A stretch of 64,000 nt of DNA, from assembly GCA_020721805.1 (NCBI GenBank), contig DYMB01000003.1, positions 35,921 through 99,920 on the forward strand. The letters are read 5' to 3'. Below are positions 58,360 through 64,000 of this stretch, in pieces (position 1 is the stretch's first letter; each line of letters opens with the position of its first letter). Under the pieces are notes generated by a model that saw only the letters and a program-made list of their open reading frames with translations, searched no databases and had not been told where the DNA came from. Position numbers and translations under genes: made by a program. This DNA comes from Acetofilamentum sp. Its GTDB lineage: Bacteria; Hydrothermota; 32-111.

Positions 58360-60252
58360 TCATTCACCCAATATCAAAAATTCTATTCTCCTGTTTAAAG
58401 CCCTACCATCTTTTGTTGCATTGTCAGCAATAGGCATAGATTCGCCAAATCCTTTAGCGATTATCCTTGCAGGATCTATACCCCTTGAAACAAGATAACT
58501 TCTCACAGATTCCGCTCTTGCCTGTGAGAGTAAAAGGTTGGATGTTTCACTACCTACAGAATCGGTATGTCCCTGAATCTCTATCCTTACCTTTGGATTA
58601 TCTCTTAAAAGTTTTACAGCTTCATCAAGAACAGAATATGAAGTTGGTAGGATGGTTGCTCTTCCAGATTCAAAATAGATTCCATGCAGAGTTATTTTTC
58701 CACCCTTTTTAAGCATCTCTATGTTTAAAATGAGTGTCTTATCGGCTTCAATTACTATAGGTTGAGCATATGTTACATAGCCGTCAAGTGTTGCAGCGAT
58801 AGTGTAAGTTCCTGGAGTGAGATTGATCCTGTAAACACCAGTTTGAGGATCTGGTGAAAATGACTGTATATCTGTTTGAGGGAATGAGATCTTTGGAACT
58901 ATTATCTCTCCTGTTGTTTTATCGACAACCTTTCCTGTTAAAGTTCCCTGAGGAATCACTTTTTTGTTTAAAGCAAAATCAAGAATCTTTGTTTGACCTT
59001 TTTCTATTATTATTCCCTTTTCCTGCCATTTGAATCCCTCTCTTTCAACTCTTAACCTTATACTTCCAGGTTTTACCTCTATTGAATATATTCCAGTTGA
59101 ATCTGTTACTATCTGCAAAGTTTCACTATAACCTGGTAATGTTATAATCGCTGATAAAGGTTTTCCACTTTCTGCATCTATTATCTTACCTGTTATAAGA
59201 GTTTTAAGTTCCTTTTTTATCTGTGCTATTTCCTTTTTGAAATCATAATAATATGTTAAACCGAAAAAGAATTTCCAGTCCGGTGATCCTTCCCATCCGT
59301 TATTCAAATAGATTGAATCGGAAATAGAATTGTATGTTGGTCTTAAATCTGGAACAAAATTTGAGATCCTGTAATCTGCCGCGATATCTATAACAAGACC
59401 TATTGGTGTATCAAACCTTATACCACCTGTTGCATTATGGACGAATCTTTCATCAAAAAGGTTTGCAAACATATATTTTTGTCCATAAACTTCAATAAAA
59501 GGTATAAAGGAACCAAATCTTATAGAGAATGTTCCAGAATAATCAAGCATTGTAGGGTTGGTTATCGAGGAGGGTAATTTTGCAAATTTTGTATAACCAC
59601 CATTTATGTTTATTCCAAGTGGAACCTGAGTCTCGGTAAGAAATGAAATTAAAATTTTTCCACCAAAATCCTGACCACCGTTTGTAAAATGCCTAAATAT
59701 TCCACCATAGTTTTTAATATAATCTATTGAAAATGATGAGGAATTATTTTTTAAAGTATCAAAAGGATCCCCGGTATTAAGATTGTAAAATCCATAAACT
59801 CCGATATCCGCATTTCTTGTTGAACCAAAAAAGCCTCCTGTTGTTAACTTTAAACCTATCTTTGTGTCTCCAAAACCATAACTTCCATAGTTTCTATTTT
59901 CATTCTCTCTACCGGCTGCCTCTGGAGTATCTATACCATCAATATGTAAAGATGATACTACATTCACTTCAAGCCAGTTTGTGAATGAGTATGATACCCC
60001 ATAAAGCATACTTGCAAAAGCGTAGGTATCATAGCAGTAATGCACAGCCGAATCTATTGATGATATATATGAAACCTGAAAATCTTTGGATGAACCATAT
60101 AAATGGAATCCAATACTCAATCTCTGTTCTTTAAGTATAGCATCAATCGAATGTATGTAACCTGAATTGATGTTTAAAGATGGAGCAGAAAAAATATTGA
60201 TGTTAAAAATGATTAACAGAAACAAGAATGTTAAAAGTTTTTTTCCTTTCAT
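58360..60252 (-). CDS. OmpA-family outer-membrane protein with two carboxypeptidase-regulatory-like (CarbopepD_reg) domains
   Basis: 630 aa with a signal peptide and two GK(V/I)xDxxTG...beta-sandwich repeats. The C-terminal OmpA domain is TDSVGSETSNLLLSQARAESVRSYL...NRRIEFLILGE. Confidence 0.8.
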   Translation of the reverse strand: MKGKKLLTFLFLLIIFNINIFSAPSLNINSGYIHSIDAILKEQRLSIGFHLYGSSKDFQVSYISSIDSAVHYCYDTYAFASMLYGVSYSFTNWLEVNVVSSLHIDGIDTPEAAGRENENRNYGSYGFGDTKIGLKLTTGGFFGSTRNADIGVYGFYNLNTGDPFDTLKNNSSSFSIDYIKNYGGIFRHFTNGGQDFGGKILISFLTETQVPLGININGGYTKFAKLPSSITNPTMLDYSGTFSIRFGSFIPFIEVYGQKYMFANLFDERFVHNATGGIRFDTPIGLVIDIAADYRISNFVPDLRPTYNSISDSIYLNNGWEGSPDWKFFFGLTYYYDFKKEIAQIKKELKTLITGKIIDAESGKPLSAIITLPGYSETLQIVTDSTGIYSIEVKPGSIRLRVEREGFKWQEKGIIIEKGQTKILDFALNKKVIPQGTLTGKVVDKTTGEIIVPKISFPQTDIQSFSPDPQTGVYRINLTPGTYTIAATLDGYVTYAQPIVIEADKTLILNIEMLKKGGKITLHGIYFESGRATILPTSYSVLDEAVKLLRDNPKVRIEIQGHTDSVGSETSNLLLSQARAESVRSYLVSRGIDPARIIAKGFGESMPIADNATKDGRALNRRIEFLILGE

Positions 60253-60374
60253 TTTTTCCTCCTTGACTTAAAAATATATAAAAATTTTTAACTGTTGTCA
60301 ACAAAAAATAGATTATATCATATAAAAATTGATAAATCTAACAATATTTTATATAATAAAAAAAAGGAGGGAAA

Positions 60375-60656
60375 ATGAATTTAAAAAAAGAGATCTATAC
60401 CTGTTAGATATGTAAAACCCGGATAAAGGTTTTAAGAGAAGGTAATGGTGAATTATATTGTTGTAATAAAAAAATGGTAAAAGAGGAAATTAAAACTAAA
60501 GATGATGGATTTGAAAAGCATTTACCTGTTATAAAAAGAGTGGAAAAAGGTTTTGAAGTGATCGATGGGAAAGTTGAACATCCAATGACAAGAGAACATC
60601 ATATAGAATGGATAGAAGTTTTGACAGATAAAGAGTTTATAAGAAAATTTTTATAA
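60375..60656 (+). pseudogene. dfx: desulfoferrodoxin (2Fe superoxide reductase) remnant: in-frame TAG at codon 11 and C-terminal truncation
   Basis: AGGAGG RBS, then MNLKKEIYTC-TAG-ICKTRIKVLREGNGELYCCNKKM. It aligns residue-for-residue with the Dfx N-domain EIYKCIHCGNIVEVL...CC. The SOR-domain start follows (EKHLPVI...EHPMTREHHIEWIEV), then TAA, with no Cys/His ligand segment. Confidence 0.65.
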
Positions 60657-60955
60657 AAAAATTATTCAAAGGATATAAAACTACCTGTAGACGATTTAAT
60701 ACCATTACCAAAAGTTGATATATCCGATAATAATAAACCTTTAAGCGATATATTTTTTGAGGCTATGGAGAGTAAACTTACAGCAAGTGATTTTTAGCTG
60801 GAAATTTCAAGATTCTTTTCAAATGAAACATCCAGAATCCTTGAACTCTTTTCTATACTTGAAATGACACATTACAACATTTTGAAAACTGAAAGGGAAA
60901 ATATTCAAAAGTTTGAAGATTATTCAAACAAAATAGATGTGATCCATGTTGGTCC

Positions 60956-62197
60956 CTAAACTTTTAAAAGTCTCTCTATCCTCTTTTCAAGATCTGGATG
61001 TGAATAATAAAAAAATTCATAGAATGGATCAACCTGAAGGGATACAAGTTCTTCAGAAGCGAATTTTTTAAAACTCTTTATAAGTGGATCTGGAGAATTT
61101 AAAATTTTTTTGGAAAACCTATCAGCATCATATTCAAATTTTCTGGAAATATGATTCAACAGAGGGTTGAAAAAGAACAAAACTATTTCGGATGTTAAAA
61201 AATATAGAAGGAATAAACCAGAGAAAGCGATATTTGGAATGTTAAAAATATCATAGAAAAAATCTTTAGATAAAATTATAAAAGACAAAATTATAAAAAT
61301 CGATGAAAGGATAATGCTTATAAATAGAAAATTTAAAACATGTTTTAACTTACCATGTCCTATCTCATGCCCTATTATTCCTAAAATCTCATCGTTTGAA
61401 AATTTTTTTAAAAGATTATCAAAGATTATAACCCTTTTTTTATTTCCAAGTCCGGTAAACATAGCGTTTGAGTGGGAACTCTTTTCACTCTCTTTTATCA
61501 CATAAACCCCATCAAAAGTGTAACCAGATTTTTCAATCAGATTTTTTATATTTTCAGAAAGAATGGTATCATCGAGTCTTTTCATCTTATACATAAATGG
61601 TATTATCACTATTGGGAGAATATATTGAAAAAATATCAAAAGGATTGAAGTTATCAAAATGATAGAAATTATCCTTATCGGAGAGAAAACGAATTTTTCT
61701 CCTGTTATCAAAATTATAAAACCTGTTATAATGTTAACGATCACTAAAGAGATGAAAAGTTCCTTTATTTTGTCAAAAGACCAGTTTTTAAAATTGTAAT
61801 TTGAAAAGTTGAACTTTTTTTCAATTTTGAAGTTGAAATAAAAATCAAAAGGTAAAGTTAAAAGGAAATTTAAAAAAATCAATGAGGAGAAAAAAAGTAA
61901 AGATTCTAAAAGATAATTTAAACTTAAAGATGAAAAATATTTTGAAAATATACCAAACAATGGAGTGAATATGAAAAGAATAAGAATCACATCTGAAAAG
62001 TTTGAAGAAAAAATGGAAAATTTCAATTTTTCAAGGTTATAACTGTTAGATTTTTTTAGTTTATCTATATCTATTCTATCTTGAAAAATCGCAGGTATTT
62101 TTTCCTTTCTTTTGTAAATATAGATTATCTGTCTTATGGTTAAATAATTTTTAAAAATAATTTTTAAGATTATTAAAGTCAAAATGAAGATTTTCAT
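60956..62197 (-). CDS. peptidase M48 family (Ste24/HtpX-like) membrane zinc metalloprotease
   Basis: 413 aa with multiple N-terminal TM segments and the HEIGHGKLKH (HExxH) motif. Confidence 0.8.
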   Translation of the reverse strand: MKIFILTLIILKIIFKNYLTIRQIIYIYKRKEKIPAIFQDRIDIDKLKKSNSYNLEKLKFSIFSSNFSDVILILFIFTPLFGIFSKYFSSLSLNYLLESLLFFSSLIFLNFLLTLPFDFYFNFKIEKKFNFSNYNFKNWSFDKIKELFISLVIVNIITGFIILITGEKFVFSPIRIISIILITSILLIFFQYILPIVIIPFMYKMKRLDDTILSENIKNLIEKSGYTFDGVYVIKESEKSSHSNAMFTGLGNKKRVIIFDNLLKKFSNDEILGIIGHEIGHGKLKHVLNFLFISIILSSIFIILSFIILSKDFFYDIFNIPNIAFSGLFLLYFLTSEIVLFFFNPLLNHISRKFEYDADRFSKKILNSPDPLIKSFKKFASEELVSLQVDPFYEFFYYSHPDLEKRIERLLKV

Positions 62198-62246
62198 ATT
62201 TTTTAAAATATAAACAATTTTTTTAAAAAATCAATATTTTTATCTC

Positions 62247-62274
62247 TTGAATATTTTGTTCTTAATAGTATAAT
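62247..62274 (+). promoter_or_regulatory. near-consensus sigma70 promoter of the gcv operon
   Basis: TTGAAT-N16-TATAAT. Confidence 0.55.
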
Positions 62275-62291
62275 AATTTTTTATTAAATTT

Positions 62292-63392
62292 ATGGAGGTA
62301 AAATTGTTAAAAAAAACTTCTTTTTATCAATTCCATATAAAAAACAATGGCAAGATAGTCCCATTTGCTGGTTATCAGATGCCTGTTCAATTTAAAGGTG
62401 TGATAGATGAGATAAAGAAAGTTAGAAAAACTGTTGGAGTCTTTGATGTTTCACATATGGGAGAGATAATAGTAAAAGGTGAAAGAAGAAAAAAGTTTGT
62501 GGATTATATAACAACTAATTCCGTTTTGTCTTTACAGCCGAATCAGGTCCAGTATTCAACTATGTTGTATGAAAATGGTGGTATAGTCGATGATCTTCTT
62601 GTTTATAATCTAAAAAATGAAATTATGTTGGTTGTAAACGCATCAAACACAGAAAAAGATTTTGAATGGATAATGAAAAACAGATGGAAGGATGTTGTTG
62701 TTGAAAATATTTCTGACAATATATCACAACTTGCAATACAGGGACCAGTTGCTGAGAGGGTTGTTGGAAAGTTAACCGATTATCCTCTATCAGATATGCC
62801 ATTCTATTATTCTGCTGAAACTAAAGTTTGTGGAATAGATATGGTTATCTCAAGAACAGGTTATACGGGTGAGGATGGTTTTGAACTTTATTTTTACAAT
62901 GAGAATGCTGAAAAAGTTTGGAATGAGGTTTTTAAGGCTGGAGAAGAGTTTGGTATAGAACCTATAGGACTTGCAGCAAGGGATACTTTAAGGCTTGAGA
63001 TGCGTTATATGCTCTATGGAAACGATATAGATCAGAATACCACACCAGTTGAGGCTGGAATAGGCTGGTGTGTAAAAATGGATAAAGGTGATTTTATTGG
63101 GAAAGAGGCTTTGATTAAACAGAAGACTGAAGGTCTTAAAAGAAAACTCGTTTCATTTGAAATGATAGATAAAGGTATTCCAAGACATAATTATAAGATT
63201 TTTGTTGAAGGGAAAGAGGTTGGAACTGTTACAAGTGGAAACTATTCACCTTCTGTTGAAAAATATATTGGGCTTGGATATGTGGAAACACCTTTCACAA
63301 AGATAGGACAGGAAATAGATATAGATATAAGGGGCATGAAAAAAGCTTTAATAGTTAAGCCACCATTCTATAAGAATGGAACACATAAATAA
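62292..63392 (+). CDS. gcvT: glycine cleavage system aminomethyltransferase (T protein)
   Basis: LKKTSFYQFHIKNNGKIVPFAGYQMPVQF is the canonical GcvT N-terminus. The start is either the ATG at 62292 or the TTG at 62304, which is preceded by GGAGG. Confidence 0.9.
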   Translation: MEVKLLKKTSFYQFHIKNNGKIVPFAGYQMPVQFKGVIDEIKKVRKTVGVFDVSHMGEIIVKGERRKKFVDYITTNSVLSLQPNQVQYSTMLYENGGIVDDLLVYNLKNEIMLVVNASNTEKDFEWIMKNRWKDVVVENISDNISQLAIQGPVAERVVGKLTDYPLSDMPFYYSAETKVCGIDMVISRTGYTGEDGFELYFYNENAEKVWNEVFKAGEEFGIEPIGLAARDTLRLEMRYMLYGNDIDQNTTPVEAGIGWCVKMDKGDFIGKEALIKQKTEGLKRKLVSFEMIDKGIPRHNYKIFVEGKEVGTVTSGNYSPSVEKYIGLGYVETPFTKIGQEIDIDIRGMKKALIVKPPFYKNGTHK

Positions 63393-63403
63393 AAGGAGGA
63401 GAG

Positions 63404-63793
63404 ATGAAACTTCTTGATAATTTAAAGTATACAAAAACCCATGAGTGGATAAAGATTGAAAATGGAATCGCCATAGAGGGAATAACAGATTTTGCTCAAT
63501 CTGAATTATCAGATATAGCGTTTGTTGAATTACCACAGGTTGATAAACAGGTAAAAGCGGGAGATGTTATAGGGACAATAGAGGCTGTTAAGGCTGTATC
63601 GGATCTTGTTGCCGGTCTTTCAGGAGAGATAGTTGAGGTGAATAATGCTCTTAACAATTCACCATCAAAAATAAATGAGGATCCCTATAATGAGGGATGG
63701 ATAGTTAAAATAAAACCTTCGGATCTTTCAGAACTTGATAAACTTATGGATAGCAAAGAGTATGAAAAATTCTGTGAGGAGAACCATCATTGA
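63404..63793 (+). CDS. gcvH: glycine cleavage system H protein (lipoyl carrier)
   Basis: 129 aa with the lipoyl-lysine motif IEAVKAVSDL. Confidence 0.95.
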   Translation: MKLLDNLKYTKTHEWIKIENGIAIEGITDFAQSELSDIAFVELPQVDKQVKAGDVIGTIEAVKAVSDLVAGLSGEIVEVNNALNNSPSKINEDPYNEGWIVKIKPSDLSELDKLMDSKEYEKFCEENHH

Positions 63794-63804
63794 ACGAGGA
63801 ACAT

Positions 63805-64000
63805 ATGAAAAAATATATACCTTCCGATGAGAATGTAAAAAAAGAACTACTTAAAGAACTTGGTTTAAATTCTTTCGATCAACTTATAAAACATATTCCA
63901 AAGAATCTTTTAAGCGATCTCGATTCTCTTGATAATGGCATTTCCGAATTTCAACTTTACAAAGAGGTTGACAGGATCAAAAAGAAAAATAAGACTCTAC
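63805..64000 (+). CDS. gcvPA: glycine dehydrogenase (decarboxylating) subunit 1, N-terminal fragment (runs off window)
   Basis: MKKYIPSDENVKKELLKELGLNSFDQLIKHIPKNL is the typical GcvPA start. It follows gcvH after a GAGGA RBS. Confidence 0.8.
   Translation, partial: MKKYIPSDENVKKELLKELGLNSFDQLIKHIPKNLLSDLDSLDNGISEFQLYKEVDRIKKKNKTL

Noticed and set aside
60405-60407. Possibility that TAG is a sense codon (stop-codon reassignment) explaining the dfx in-frame TAG
   Set aside because: TAG terminates several unambiguous genes in the window (maf at 14220-14222, the iscR-like gene at 16476-16478, the PHP fragment at 552-554). The dfx remnant also has a second lesion, the 3' truncation.
62198-62291. 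Expected glycine riboswitch upstream of gcvT
   Set aside because: The region is about 95 nt of almost pure A/T with no conserved aptamer-like G/C blocks. It is too short for a tandem aptamer.
1-64000. CRISPR arrays, tRNA/rRNA genes, IS elements, integrases, phage genes
   Set aside because: I found no regularly spaced direct repeats and no GC-rich tRNA-like islands in the few intergenic gaps. No transposase, integrase, phage-structural or restriction-modification motifs appear among the translations. The window reads as core chromosome.

Overview
This 64 kb window is a strongly AT-rich, very gene-dense bacterial chromosomal region, mostly on the + strand, with many start/stop overlaps. It looks like core genome of an anaerobic, diderm bacterium that carries a type IX secretion (T9SS) substrate.

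Recognisable content, in order:
- 3' end of a PHP-family phosphoesterase gene.
- A three-gene [FeFe]-hydrogenase operon (NuoE-like, NuoF-like, HydA).
- yjbQ-family gene, a TPR protein, upp, ileS, a DksA/TraR zinc-finger gene, lspA, an lptD-like gene, hup (HU), a hexapeptide acetyltransferase, maf, and a DUF4159 gene.
- An iscR-iscS-iscU cluster, mazG, an AEC-type transporter, and a DUF1848 Cys-rich protein.
- A 2-oxoacid:ferredoxin oxidoreductase operon (delta-alpha-beta-gamma) with class I fumarate hydratase alpha/beta genes inserted between delta and alpha.
- mfd, three tandem SurA/PpiC-type peptidyl-prolyl isomerase genes, pdxA, an RlmD/RumA-type methyltransferase, a ChaN-like lipoprotein, a NUDIX hydrolase, and an M16 peptidase pair.
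- cdd, a Trm112-like mini-gene, and a 1223-aa gingipain-like C25 cysteine peptidase with a T9SS C-terminal sorting domain, followed by a transglutaminase-like protein.
- deoC, a pyrimidine-nucleoside phosphorylase, a SpoIVB-like S55 peptidase, a glycerate-kinase-like gene, ddl, ffh, an OmpA-family protein, a peptidase M48, and gcvT-gcvH-gcvPA.

I found no rRNA, tRNA, CRISPR array, transposase or integrase.

Items I think are most worth a second look:
- A desulfoferrodoxin gene remnant with an in-frame TAG and a C-terminal truncation.
- HydA carrying TSCSPGW instead of the canonical TSCCPxW H-cluster motif.
- A stripped-down HydB.
- The korD-fumAB-korABG mosaic operon.
- The secreted C25 protease / transglutaminase / hypothetical cluster.
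- The S55-peptidase plus 647-aa beta-propeller-like protein pair.

All calls rest on reading the supplied translations and the DNA by eye. No database searches were run.
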